A DNA stretch of 64,000 bases from a virus (IMGVR_UViG_3300025018_000141:1-64000), one strand, 5' to 3'; positions 19,491 to 29,512 are shown, numbered from the stretch's first letter. Translations and numbers: made by a program. The notes: generated by a model not told the origin, from the sequence alone.

Positions 19491-20138
19491 ATGAAAATAT
19501 CTATGATTGATATAATAATTTTAAAATATAATGTAAAGGAGGCAGAAGATAAGTGTATTAAGTCCGTGATTAAGTACACTGACGTTCCTTATCATTTAAC
19601 TGTTTTTGATAATTATCTTTATAGACATAACATTGGTAAAATTTGGAATCGACTAATTAACAAATCTGAATCAGATTATATTTGCTTACTGAATTCAGAC
19701 ACAGAAGTATCACAGAGTTGGCTTTCAAAATTATTAGAAACCTTTGAAAAAATAGAAAAGGTTGGGTGTGTTGGTCCATCGACTGACAATTGTATTAATC
19801 AACAAAAAAATAAAGCAGAAGAGGTTTTTATTGATTTTAGCAAAATGTATCCAGGGTGGTGCTTGAGTGGATTTTGTTTAATCTTCCCAAAGAAAATTTG
19901 GGAGGAGGTTAATAAATTCCCAGAAGATTTTGGATTTTATGGACAAGAAGTAAGTTTGATTGACAAAATAACTGCTTTAGGATACCATCAAATATGGAGA
20001 ACGGATGTTTTTATTCATCATAAGAAAGGCGCAAGTATAAAAAAGGCTCAAGCTGCTGGAGAAATGAACGAAGAAGAAGAGAGGATAAAGGGACGAGAAA
20101 ACTATAGTAAATTTAGAAAAGAATTACATGATAATTAA
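19491..20138 (+). CDS. GT2 glycosyltransferase
   Basis: IDIIILKYN, LLNSD, FPEDFGFYGQE. Confidence 0.85.
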   Translation: MKISMIDIIILKYNVKEAEDKCIKSVIKYTDVPYHLTVFDNYLYRHNIGKIWNRLINKSESDYICLLNSDTEVSQSWLSKLLETFEKIEKVGCVGPSTDNCINQQKNKAEEVFIDFSKMYPGWCLSGFCLIFPKKIWEEVNKFPEDFGFYGQEVSLIDKITALGYHQIWRTDVFIHHKKGASIKKAQAAGEMNEEEERIKGRENYSKFRKELHDN

Positions 20139-21078
20139 AATCTTCGACGCAAACAGAAGAATGCAACCAAAATCAGGATATGGACTCATGGCAAAACAAT
20201 TAGTTGCAAATTTGCAAGCATTTGGTCATACAGTTTTGTTTCAAACTGATCCTGAAGATTATGATGTTGCTCTTTGGATACGTCCACCACACTACGTTAA
20301 GGATGCAAAGTTTAATAACCAAAGAAAAAATGTATTTTTTACCATGCACGAAACAGAAACTTTTGAAGGTTGGAAGTCTGATTGGGCAGAATTATTAAAT
20401 AAATGTACAGCGATTATTACTCCAACAGAATGGAATAAGACAGTATTTGAAAAAAATGGTGTGACTGTACCAATTCATGTTATACCTCTTGGTGTTAATT
20501 CTAAGGATTTTTCAGGGTATAAAACCTATCCATTTTCTATTATTACATTACACGATGCATTGGGAAGTAATAGTTCACGCGAAGATTGGAAGGCAACAAT
20601 TGCCGCTTATTTTGATGCATTTTACAATAATCATTATCAAGAGGTTTCTATGACGATAAAATCATATAATATTAAGAAAGAAGAGTACATGAACCATATT
20701 AATTTATTAAAGGCGGGGAAAGACAATGAAAAATTTCCAACAATTGACGTATTGGACATAGACCTCGAACCAATTGATTTAAATAGACTTTATTCTAAAC
20801 ATTGGCTGTTTATAAAAAATGCCAATAGAGAAGGGTGGTCTTTGCCATTACTCGAGGCAATGAGTTGTGGGTTGGTTGTCGCGCATACTGATTTGCCAGT
20901 TTTATCATGGACCGATGGGTATAAAAAACGTCGTGTTTTTCAACCTGGAGATATAGATGAACTAAAAAAAATTATTCTTGATGAATTTATAGTATGGAGA
21001 AAAGAAAAAAGTTTTATTAATCAGTTTTCTTGGAGGAACTGTGGAAGAAGAGTTGAGGAGGTATTACAAAATGTTTAA
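20128..21078 (+). CDS. GT4 glycosyltransferase
   Basis: SGYG, HVIPLGV, EGWSLPLLEAMSCG. Confidence 0.9.
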   Translation: MIIKIFDANRRMQPKSGYGLMAKQLVANLQAFGHTVLFQTDPEDYDVALWIRPPHYVKDAKFNNQRKNVFFTMHETETFEGWKSDWAELLNKCTAIITPTEWNKTVFEKNGVTVPIHVIPLGVNSKDFSGYKTYPFSIITLHDALGSNSSREDWKATIAAYFDAFYNNHYQEVSMTIKSYNIKKEEYMNHINLLKAGKDNEKFPTIDVLDIDLEPIDLNRLYSKHWLFIKNANREGWSLPLLEAMSCGLVVAHTDLPVLSWTDGYKKRRVFQPGDIDELKKIILDEFIVWRKEKSFINQFSWRNCGRRVEEVLQNV

Positions 21079-21613
21079 ATTTCAAGGAAAAGAATACGAA
21101 TATATAGACATGAAGCCCAATCAAACGCGAGTAAATGAAAGAAGAGTAGAGCTTCCTCTTGCTATGGAATTTCTAAATGAATTTCAAGGAAAAGAAATTT
21201 TGGAAGTTGGGAATGTTACTCGTCACTATAAACCAAAAACAGAAACGTGGCATGATGTTGTAGATCTTTATGAGAAGATAGAATGGCAAAATATTATGAA
21301 TGAAGATATTTTAAGTTGGAATCCAACAAAAAAATATGATGCTGTTCTTTCGATTTCAACACTTGAACATACCGACGATCCTCTTCTCGCGGTAAACAGA
21401 ATCTTAAAAATGGCTCCAAATGTTCTAATTACTATTCCATTTGGGTATTCTCGTACACATGAGGTTTTTGAAGCATTTCCAGATCTTCTATTTATGAAAA
21501 GAATAAATTTAGAAGAGAATCAATGGGTAGAAGCCACTAGAGAAGATGTTGCTGATACAGAATATAATACACCATTTCCTTTCGCAAATGCAATTATGAT
21601 ATTAAAAATATGA
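21071..21613 (+). CDS. SAM methyltransferase-like protein
   Basis: ILEVGN, SISTLEH. Confidence 0.7.
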   Translation: MFKFQGKEYEYIDMKPNQTRVNERRVELPLAMEFLNEFQGKEILEVGNVTRHYKPKTETWHDVVDLYEKIEWQNIMNEDILSWNPTKKYDAVLSISTLEHTDDPLLAVNRILKMAPNVLITIPFGYSRTHEVFEAFPDLLFMKRINLEENQWVEATREDVADTEYNTPFPFANAIMILKI

Positions 21614-22113
21614 AAACAATGAAATTAGAAATAGGTTCAGGAAAAAGACCCACAGAGGGATATGTCCACCTAGACATAGAAAGTGGACCACATATTGAAA
21701 TTGTTTGTGATGCAAAAAAAATACCAGAACCAGATAATAAATATGAAGAAGTATATTCTCATTGGGTTTTGGAACACTTTAATATGAAAGAAATGGAATC
21801 TATTTTACTTGAATGGAAAAGGATATTAAAACCAGGAGGAAAAATGAAAATAGTTACCAATAACCAAGAATCTATTAATAAATGCTTAGTTGATAAAGAT
21901 ATCTCATGGGAAGAATGGAACTGGCTTACGTTTGGAGATTATAAAAATAACTTAGCAAGCCTACATAAGATTGGATTTAATGATGAAGTATTAATGTCAT
22001 ATTTAACAAAAATTGGAATGATAAACATTTCTATTGATGCGTCTTGGGGCTGTAGGGGAAAAGATGGGGAATTGGGTTGCCCTGCTTTAATAGTGGAGGC
22101 TACTAAATTATGA
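21610..22113 (+). CDS. Class I SAM methyltransferase
   Basis: KLEIGSG, SHWVLEH, RILKPGG. Confidence 0.88.
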   Translation: MKTMKLEIGSGKRPTEGYVHLDIESGPHIEIVCDAKKIPEPDNKYEEVYSHWVLEHFNMKEMESILLEWKRILKPGGKMKIVTNNQESINKCLVDKDISWEEWNWLTFGDYKNNLASLHKIGFNDEVLMSYLTKIGMINISIDASWGCRGKDGELGCPALIVEATKL

Positions 22114-22931
22114 AAATCGCTTTAAATGCAAAACACTGGGGCTTAATTGATTTAATGTATGGTGTACTTAGAAATCATGATGTTCGTTTGCAAGAGCCCT
22201 TTGATGGGCACATGGTTCATCAAGGAGATGAGGATTTAATCATTTCAACTTTTGCTTACACAGACCTTCCAGATTATAAGGGAGATAAGCCACTTATTAT
22301 TTATGCAACCGATCCTGTTCCGCTTTTTATTTTAGACAAATTCAGAGAAGTTCAAAAACAGAAAAATGTCACCATAGTTATTTCTGAACGCTGTTATCCG
22401 CAAGAAGTACAACCTATTTTAAAATCTTATACTGAAATTCCTTTTGCCATAGATGCAAACAGGTATTTCCCATACACTGGTGAGATCAACAAGGTTCTAA
22501 TAGCTAATAGAAAGCCTCACGATAGATGGGACGAGATTATTAAAGGAGTTACTGGGCTTGGTTGTCCATTGTCTGAATATCTTGAAGGTATTCCATTTGA
22601 CATAGCAGCGATTCAAAGCAACGCGGAATATAGAGAAACAATCGGAAAATACAAGGTCATGTTCTATTTTTCTAATTCTCCATATACAATTGTTATGTTT
22701 GAGGGTATGACTCTGGGTATACCAATGGTCGGCTTTAACCATTTTAATATTTCATCAAGTAGTCCTGTGGAGAAGTATCTTCATAATTATTCAACTGACA
22801 AAGATGAAATTAGAAGAATGTTGAAACTAGAGCTTGACAAACCTGTTAAGAAAGAGTCATATAATATCATTGGTATGGATGATGCTGTTTCTAGGTGGGA
22901 TAAATTAATCAAAGAAATATGTATGAAATAA
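22110..22931 (+). CDS. GT-B fold glycosyltransferase (putative)
   Basis: IPFAID, SPYTIVMFEGMTLGIP. Confidence 0.65.
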   Translation: MKIALNAKHWGLIDLMYGVLRNHDVRLQEPFDGHMVHQGDEDLIISTFAYTDLPDYKGDKPLIIYATDPVPLFILDKFREVQKQKNVTIVISERCYPQEVQPILKSYTEIPFAIDANRYFPYTGEINKVLIANRKPHDRWDEIIKGVTGLGCPLSEYLEGIPFDIAAIQSNAEYRETIGKYKVMFYFSNSPYTIVMFEGMTLGIPMVGFNHFNISSSSPVEKYLHNYSTDKDEIRRMLKLELDKPVKKESYNIIGMDDAVSRWDKLIKEICMK

Positions 22932-23236
22932 ACGATTTACAATTTAAAACAAGAGAAGGTAGTACTGATATTAGTATTATAAATGAAGTAGTGAAGGGGG
23001 ATTGCTATAATATAGACGTAAAACCTGGCGACATTGTTATAGACATAGGTGGGCACATAGGTTCATTTACTGTTTGGGCGGCTAGTAAAGGTGGAAATGT
23101 ATATGTTTTTGAACCTGCAACTAAAAATTATGATATTTTAAGAGAATTATTAATTAAATTACTTTCTAAAACGCATACGTTGATAAGCGACAAGCACAAT
23201 GAAGTATTTGGAACTTTAATCTATGTTAAAAGCTAA
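22919..23236 (+). pseudogene. FkbM-family methyltransferase with apparent internal deletion
   Basis: VIDIGGHIGSF and VYVFEP present but only 105 aa; middle of the fold missing. Confidence 0.6.
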
Positions 23237-24419
23237 CGACTACGATATTGAAATTCTTGGGGATAGAAAAAAGTGTATCCCTGGTAAAGAGCCAGTATTA
23301 AACACTTCTGGTTATGTAATAAAGGTGTGTGAGCCAGATCTTGATGATGGCGCTTTAAAAAATGTTACTGAGGCTATTACAAGTAATTGGATTTCTTCAA
23401 GAGGAAAATATCTTGATAAATTTGAAAAGACATTTGCTTATAAAGTGGGAGCAGAATATGCAGTAGCTGTAAACTCAGGAACTTCAGCACTTCATCTTGC
23501 TTTGGCAGGATTTGGATTGAAAGAGGGTGATGAGGTAATTATGCCTGCATCAACAATGATTTCTACTGCTTTTTCTGCCTCATACTTAAATGCAACGCCA
23601 GTATTTGTTGATGCAGATGAATTTTACCAGATAGATCCTGCGCTGATTGAAGAAAAAATAACCCCGAACACAGAAGTCATTATGCCAGTTCATATATATG
23701 GACATCCAGTTGATATGGATGCTATTGAAGAAATTGCCAAAAAACATGGTATTACAATTATTTACGATGCGGCTGAAGCCCATGGAGCCCTATATAAAGG
23801 AAAACCCATTGGTGGAAGGGGACTTGCTTCTTGTTATTCTTTTTATGGAAATAAAATAATAACCACGGGCGAGGGTGGAATGGTGACTACAAACAATAAA
23901 GAGTTTGCTGATTTAGTTCGGAATCTAAAGGATGTTTCTTTTTCAACAGAAAGACATTTTTGGCATAAAAGACTTGGATACAATTTTAGAATGACTAATC
24001 TAGCAGCCGCTGTTGGTGTATCTCAGATGAAAAGATTGGAAGAGCTAGTAGATAAGCACATTTCTAATGCACGAATATATATAGAAAAGCTAAAGGATGT
24101 GAAAGGCATTATATTGCCTAAAAATGCTGAATGGGCTACTAATGTATATTGGATGTTTGGTTTTCGAGTTACTGAAGAGTTTGGCATGACAAGAGACGAA
24201 TTAAGAAAATATTTAGCAGACATTGGTATAGAAACGCGTACTTTTTTTGTTCCTATGCACCTTCAGCCATATTACCAAAGACTAAATGAACACTACCCAA
24301 TAGCAGAACAACTTAGCGAGCAGGGTATGTATATACCATCAGCTACAAACATAACGATTAAAGATCAATTTAGAGTTGTAGATGGAATAAAATCGGCATA
24401 TAATTCAGTACATAAATGA
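23223..24419 (+). CDS. DegT/DnrJ/EryC1/StrS aminotransferase (perosamine synthase-like)
   Basis: NSGTSALHL, DAAEAHG, SFYGNKIITTGEGG, GYNFRMTN. Confidence 0.93.
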   Translation: MLKANDYDIEILGDRKKCIPGKEPVLNTSGYVIKVCEPDLDDGALKNVTEAITSNWISSRGKYLDKFEKTFAYKVGAEYAVAVNSGTSALHLALAGFGLKEGDEVIMPASTMISTAFSASYLNATPVFVDADEFYQIDPALIEEKITPNTEVIMPVHIYGHPVDMDAIEEIAKKHGITIIYDAAEAHGALYKGKPIGGRGLASCYSFYGNKIITTGEGGMVTTNNKEFADLVRNLKDVSFSTERHFWHKRLGYNFRMTNLAAAVGVSQMKRLEELVDKHISNARIYIEKLKDVKGIILPKNAEWATNVYWMFGFRVTEEFGMTRDELRKYLADIGIETRTFFVPMHLQPYYQRLNEHYPIAEQLSEQGMYIPSATNITIKDQFRVVDGIKSAYNSVHK

Positions 24420-24868
24420 ATATAAAAGATAAGTTATTAAAGAAACGAATAATTACGAGCTTGGGCTGTTGGGAGTGGTCTGGAGCTAGGAATAAAGCTG
24501 GATATGGTCAGGTATTCTTTGAAGGTAAACAACATGGAGTACATAGAATAAGCGCTATTATATTCTTAGGTTTTGATATAAATTCAAGTCTTATTATTTG
24601 TCATAAATGTGATAATCCTCCATGTTTTAATCCTAAGCATCTTTCAATAGGAACTCAATCTATTAATAGACTCGATTCATTTAATAAAAATAGATCAATT
24701 CAAAAAGGAACAAAAAATGCTTTCCATAAATTGAACAACGATCAGGTTTGTGAAATCAAAAAAGACTTAAAAAATAAACTTACTTTAGTTAATATAGCAA
24801 AAAAGTATGGGGTTCATTTTGCTACCATATCTGCTATCAAATGTGGAAAAACTTGGAGGTATATATAA
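24416..24868 (+). CDS. HNH endonuclease with C-terminal HTH
   Basis: GCWEWSG...GYG, CHKCDNPPCFNPKHL. Confidence 0.9.
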   Translation: MNIKDKLLKKRIITSLGCWEWSGARNKAGYGQVFFEGKQHGVHRISAIIFLGFDINSSLIICHKCDNPPCFNPKHLSIGTQSINRLDSFNKNRSIQKGTKNAFHKLNNDQVCEIKKDLKNKLTLVNIAKKYGVHFATISAIKCGKTWRYI

Positions 24869-24870
24869 TT

Positions 24871-25407
24871 ATGAATCCCTTTACATATGAAGCTCGTTAT
24901 TATGATATTTTTCACACCAATAAGGATTATAAAGCTGAGGCTCTTAAAATAAAAAAAGAGTTTCCCGATGTTAAAACAATTCTCGAAGTAGGTTGTGGTA
25001 CGGGTAATCTTTCAGTTGAGTTAGAAAAATTAGGTTTTGAAGTTCTTGGTATTGATAATTCTAAACAAATGTTAAAATACTATAAGGGAAAAACGGGAAT
25101 ACTTGCAGATATCAGATTTTTTAAGCCAAAAACTCAATTTGATTTACTTCTTGCACATTATGATGTTTTTAATTATCTCAGTCCAAGCGAGGTTCTTGAT
25201 ATAAAAAGGAGAAAAAATGAATTTTCTAAAGATATTTCTATAGAAACATGGAAAGGAAATAGTGTTACATTATTCACACACAGGAAAGCAAACGACTGCC
25301 ATAGAATTAGACTAGGTTTAAGTTTTAATAATAAGGCTTATCTTTTATATATTTTTTGGGGAAGAGGACTTGCTATTAGTAAACATGTTCTCAATCTTAA
25401 TGTATGA
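24871..25407 (+). CDS. Class I SAM methyltransferase
   Basis: ILEVGCGTG, GIDNSKQM; SD GGAGGT at 24855 favours ATG 24871. Confidence 0.88.
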   Translation: MNPFTYEARYYDIFHTNKDYKAEALKIKKEFPDVKTILEVGCGTGNLSVELEKLGFEVLGIDNSKQMLKYYKGKTGILADIRFFKPKTQFDLLLAHYDVFNYLSPSEVLDIKRRKNEFSKDISIETWKGNSVTLFTHRKANDCHRIRLGLSFNNKAYLLYIFWGRGLAISKHVLNLNV

Positions 25408-26075
25408 TAGCAGTTTACACATGTATAGTTGGAGATTATGATTCTCGACTAAATAATCAAAACTTTGAAGGAGCTGATTATTTCTTTTTTACTGATGGTG
25501 AAGCAACTGGACGTGATCCATGGTATGAGAAAAAGGCAACTACACTCTTCTCGGATCCAAGAAGAAATGCCAGATATCACAAACTACTATCTCACGAAAT
25601 GTTTCCTGAATATGATTTTACTATTTGGATTGATGGTTCTGTGGTTTTAAAAATAAGTCCAAAAGAATTAGTTGAGGAAATGGGAGATGCGGATATTTTA
25701 ACTTCCTATCATCCGAATCGTAAAACAGTTTTTGATGAGGCTGAAGAATGTAAGCGATTGTTTTTAGACATTCCATCTGTTATTGATGTTCATGTTAAGA
25801 AAATGTTAGATAATGGCTTTAGAGACGATGTAGGACTAGCTGAAACAAAGGTTGTTGTTCGTAGAAATGTTCCAAGTGTTAAAAAATTTAATTCAACATG
25901 GTTCCATGAATTAGTGACTGGATCATTAAGAGATCAAGTTAGTTTTCCATATGTGGCATGGCTTACTGAACCAAAAATAAAATATATGCCACCAATAACA
26001 TTACAGCCAGATAAATTTGATTATATTAAATCAATTAACCACTTAAATCGAAATACATATGAAACTATATCTTAA
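25404..26075 (+). CDS. DUF616/TOD1-MUCI70-like glycosyltransferase
   Basis: VYTCIVGDYD, IWIDG, RDQVSFPYV. Confidence 0.8.
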   Translation: MIAVYTCIVGDYDSRLNNQNFEGADYFFFTDGEATGRDPWYEKKATTLFSDPRRNARYHKLLSHEMFPEYDFTIWIDGSVVLKISPKELVEEMGDADILTSYHPNRKTVFDEAEECKRLFLDIPSVIDVHVKKMLDNGFRDDVGLAETKVVVRRNVPSVKKFNSTWFHELVTGSLRDQVSFPYVAWLTEPKIKYMPPITLQPDKFDYIKSINHLNRNTYETIS

Positions 26076-26913
26076 CTGTAGCGAAGACGATGCACAACTT
26101 TCCTTTACTAAGAAGGATTATTTGCTTCGCGCCGCTAAACGATTGGGTTTTGATTGGATATATAATTATCAGACAAAAAATATTGATGATCCAACTGAAT
26201 ATGTTTTAAACATAGAACCATTTAAAAAATTTGTAAAAGGATCAAAGCATACTAGTATTTGGGAAATTGATTTGATCGCAGATAGGGCGGAACTATCAAT
26301 GTCTGATTGGGTTTGTACAGATGAGGTATTTCTAGCTAATTCCTTATTTCCTGCTAAAACAATCCCTTTCAAAGAAGGGGTAAATATTTTATTTCAAGCT
26401 TGTGATCCAGAATTACATAAAGTTGTTTCTGTTCCTGAAAAGTATGATTTTATTTTCTCAGGATCTATGGGAGGGTCAATGTATGAAGAGAGAGAACGTG
26501 TTTACAGATTAATGAGTAAATATTTTACTTTTAAAGATTTTGGCAAAGGTCATACACCTGAACAATATGTTGAATATAGTAATTATGCCAGAGTTCAATT
26601 TATAAGAAGTGGGGGAACACATGTTGCTAGTGGCTATATTGCTCAGCGCTTTTTTGAATGCTTAGCAATTGGTCCTGTTTTGACTAATTATCATAGCGAC
26701 TTAGAATTATTAGGATTAGTCGAGGGCGTTGATTATATGTCTTATAAAAACGATGATGAAATGTTTGCTAAGATGCAATTTTTAATTAATTTTCCAGATA
26801 GAGCGAAAATAATTGCTCACAATGGAAGACAAAAGGCCTTGATGCTTCATACATATGAAAATCGCTTAATGTCTATTATCAATAAAATTAAATATGGGCA
26901 AAAAAACATCTAA
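26059..26913 (+). CDS. CgeB-like glycosyltransferase
   Basis: QACDPELH, RFFECLAIG, HTYENR. Confidence 0.8.
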   Translation: MKLYLNCSEDDAQLSFTKKDYLLRAAKRLGFDWIYNYQTKNIDDPTEYVLNIEPFKKFVKGSKHTSIWEIDLIADRAELSMSDWVCTDEVFLANSLFPAKTIPFKEGVNILFQACDPELHKVVSVPEKYDFIFSGSMGGSMYEERERVYRLMSKYFTFKDFGKGHTPEQYVEYSNYARVQFIRSGGTHVASGYIAQRFFECLAIGPVLTNYHSDLELLGLVEGVDYMSYKNDDEMFAKMQFLINFPDRAKIIAHNGRQKALMLHTYENRLMSIINKIKYGQKNI

Positions 26914-27475
26914 GACATTAATTATTCCGACACTTACAATTAATGAGGAGTTATTGTTAATGACCATTAGGTGTATAGAATCCTATCAAAACCAAGCTGA
27001 CTGTATTATTGTTATGGAAGATGGTGGATTATATAGTAAGTCTTTGCAAACCTTAGCTAATATCTATATTTACGGGAAAGAAAATGTTGGTTTTACAAAA
27101 AATGTAAATCGTGGATGGAATCTTTCCCATACTGATTTTACATTCATTGTTAATTCTGACACCTATTTAATAGATGGAAAATTAGAAGATCTTTGTCGAG
27201 AAAATCAAGTAGTATGTCCTAGTATTGTTAATTTAGATAATTATCCTGGTTTTACTGGTAGTTTTTGGGTAGTACCAAAAGATATAAAAGAAAAATATGG
27301 ATTGCTTGATGAAAGGTTTAAGAATTATGAATCAGATTTAGAATATTATGAAAGAATTAAGCATCTATTCCATAAAAATTTAGATGTAAAAATTTATCAC
27401 ACGAAAGGACAAACCGTGAAAGTTGCAGGATTTAATGTTCAAGAAGAACAACAAAAGGATGCACTTAAGTGGTAA
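26894..27475 (+). CDS. GT2 glycosyltransferase
   Basis: LIIPT, MEDGG, NVGFTKNVNRG, VNSD. Confidence 0.85.
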   Translation: MGKKTSKTLIIPTLTINEELLLMTIRCIESYQNQADCIIVMEDGGLYSKSLQTLANIYIYGKENVGFTKNVNRGWNLSHTDFTFIVNSDTYLIDGKLEDLCRENQVVCPSIVNLDNYPGFTGSFWVVPKDIKEKYGLLDERFKNYESDLEYYERIKHLFHKNLDVKIYHTKGQTVKVAGFNVQEEQQKDALKW

Positions 27476-27510
27476 GTTGGTGGTATTGAAGATTTTTTGA
27501 ATAATAACAT

Positions 27511-28104
27511 ATGAAAATATCCGCAGTAATTCCCACATATACATTGAATAAAGATCTAGAAAAGGTAGCAAGTATTACTATTTCTGAAATAAGATCAAAG
27601 GTCGATGAAATTATAATTGTCGAGGATGGAGGAATGTATAGTCCATGGCTTCAATCTAATTCGAATAAATACCTATATCATTCTGAAAATGTTGGTTTTA
27701 CTAAGGGCGTGAACTTGGGGCTTCAGATTGCAGAAGGAGAATATATTGCTATTGTAAACTCTGATATTTCTCAAATAATTGGAGAGATAGATGACTTATG
27801 TATCCCTGGAAGGGTTACTTCGCCAATTACTAAAAATCAAGATGTTCCACTTCTTGCTGGCCACTTCTTTGTTATTCCAAGAACAGTCTTAGACGAACGA
27901 GGATTCCTTGATGATAGTATGAGAATGTTTTGTTCGGATGCTGACTATGAAGAGAGAATAAAGGATATATTTGAACAAGTATCGACAGTAAAAATATTAC
28001 ATGGCATTAACACAACACTGAAAGCCGCCGATCTTACTAACGGAAAGCAGTTACAAAAAGATAGAGAAACTTATGAAAATATCTGTAATAACTCCAACAA
28101 TTAG
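27511..28104 (+). CDS. GT2 glycosyltransferase (paralog of preceding gene)
   Basis: SAVIPT, VEDGG, NVGFTKGVNLG, VNSD. Confidence 0.85.
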   Translation: MKISAVIPTYTLNKDLEKVASITISEIRSKVDEIIIVEDGGMYSPWLQSNSNKYLYHSENVGFTKGVNLGLQIAEGEYIAIVNSDISQIIGEIDDLCIPGRVTSPITKNQDVPLLAGHFFVIPRTVLDERGFLDDSMRMFCSDADYEERIKDIFEQVSTVKILHGINTTLKAADLTNGKQLQKDRETYENICNNSNN

Positions 28105-28822
28105 GCTTAAGGGATTAGACATAGTGAGAAAGTCCCTCAGCGCGCAAACGTTCAAGGATTTTGAATGGTTGATCTGTTCGAAGGAAGATCCAAAAATAGA
28201 AGAGGCAATATGGGTTCCCGATACATTTACAGGCGGATTTTGGAGTTTAAACAGAGCGTATAATGCTCTTTTCAAGCGGGCGAAGGGAGAACTCATTGTT
28301 ACGTGGCAGGACTGGATATTTGCAAAACCTGATGCTCTCGAGAAGTTCTGGGAACAATACGAAGCAACTAATAAATTAGCATTAATTGGAACGTCAGGAC
28401 ATCAATATGAATCTATTAATAAATATGGCAAACCACAAATTAAAATTTGGTCCGATCCAAGAAGAAATGAAAAAAATGGTAGTTTTTATGAGATATATCC
28501 ACAAGATTTTGAATGGAATTTTGGGGCTATTCCGCTAAAGGCAATTTTCGATGTTGGAGGATTTTGCGAAATTCTAGACGAAAAAGGATTTGGAATGGAT
28601 GGCTATCAGGTTAATGAAAGATTAGACTTATTGGGATATAAATTTTTTATTGATCACTCTAACGAAAGCTATACAATAAGGCACGGAAGAGAAGATTTTG
28701 GTGGAGAAGATAATTGGAACAAAAATAATAATCTTTCAAACGGAGAATATGAAAAAGTTAGACAAGAGTCCATTAGAAAGAATGAATGGCCTCGTATGAA
28801 ATATTTGAGTATTGACAAATAG
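28073..28822 (+). CDS. GT2 glycosyltransferase
   Basis: ISVITPT, AYNALFKRAKGELIVTWQD. Confidence 0.85.
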   Translation: MKISVITPTIRLKGLDIVRKSLSAQTFKDFEWLICSKEDPKIEEAIWVPDTFTGGFWSLNRAYNALFKRAKGELIVTWQDWIFAKPDALEKFWEQYEATNKLALIGTSGHQYESINKYGKPQIKIWSDPRRNEKNGSFYEIYPQDFEWNFGAIPLKAIFDVGGFCEILDEKGFGMDGYQVNERLDLLGYKFFIDHSNESYTIRHGREDFGGEDNWNKNNNLSNGEYEKVRQESIRKNEWPRMKYLSIDK

Positions 28823-28829
28823 TTAGTAA

Positions 28830-29339
28830 TTAAATATAGCGCCATGTTTTTTTACTAATAATACTTCTTATTGTCGATTCATCAACTTTATATTCTTTTG
28901 CAAGTTTGTGTCTATTATTATTAAATTTTTCTCTTATAGTTCGTACTTGCTCTACTGTTAGTTTTGCGGTTGGATTTTTCTCTCCAGCCATCAATCCATT
29001 TTCACATGCGTGAATATTATTTTCACCATATGTACACCACTCAATATTTTCCACTCTATTGTCTGTTTTAATTCCATTTTTGTGGTTTACGCATGGTTTT
29101 TTGATTATATTTTCTATAAACGTCTTCGCCACCAATCTATGCACCAACTCTAGTTTCATTTTTTTATTTTTATACAATCCAACTTGAAGATACCCCCGAG
29201 TATCTGAAACTAATTTTCTCATTTTTTCTTTAACTACCCTTCCAAGAGAATCTTTTCTAGAAATTGTTTTGACATCACCATGGCTACTTATTAAGTATAA
29301 GCCCTCATATCCCATTGTTTGTTTCCATATTTTTTTCAT
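28830..29339 (-). CDS. NUMOD4-HNH homing endonuclease
   Basis: IWKQTMGYEGLYLISSHG, HRLVA, VNHKNGIKTDNRVENIEW. Confidence 0.92.
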   Translation of the reverse strand: MKKIWKQTMGYEGLYLISSHGDVKTISRKDSLGRVVKEKMRKLVSDTRGYLQVGLYKNKKMKLELVHRLVAKTFIENIIKKPCVNHKNGIKTDNRVENIEWCTYGENNIHACENGLMAGEKNPTAKLTVEQVRTIREKFNNNRHKLAKEYKVDESTIRSIISKKTWRYI

Positions 29340-29348
29340 ATACTATTA

Positions 29349-29377
29349 ATTTTATATTATATGATTGGTATTGTCAA
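29349..29377 (-). promoter_or_regulatory. Promoter for near-leaderless HNH mRNA
   Basis: TTGACA-17-TAAAAT-9 nt-ATG. Confidence 0.65.
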
Positions 29378-29403
29378 GTGATACCACTTTTCCATTTTAC
29401 TCC

Positions 29404-29433
29404 TTGACAAAGCTCCTCTTAGTAATATGTAAT
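29404..29433 (+). promoter_or_regulatory. Tail-module promoter, 18-bp spacer
   Basis: TTGACA 29404-29409, TGTAAT 29428-29433. Confidence 0.55.
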
Positions 29434-29451
29434 AGAAACATAAGTTAAAAA

Positions 29452-29501
29452 GACTATCACAGTCATTTGACCACCCGAACGTTTTAATGGGTGGTTTTTT
29501 T
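29452..29501 (+). terminator. Leader mini-hairpin + terminator before adaptor gene
   Basis: GACT-ATCAC-AGTC, ATTTG, ACCACCC-12-GGGTGGT, T6. Confidence 0.75.
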
Positions 29502-29512
29502 ATGTAAAAAAT

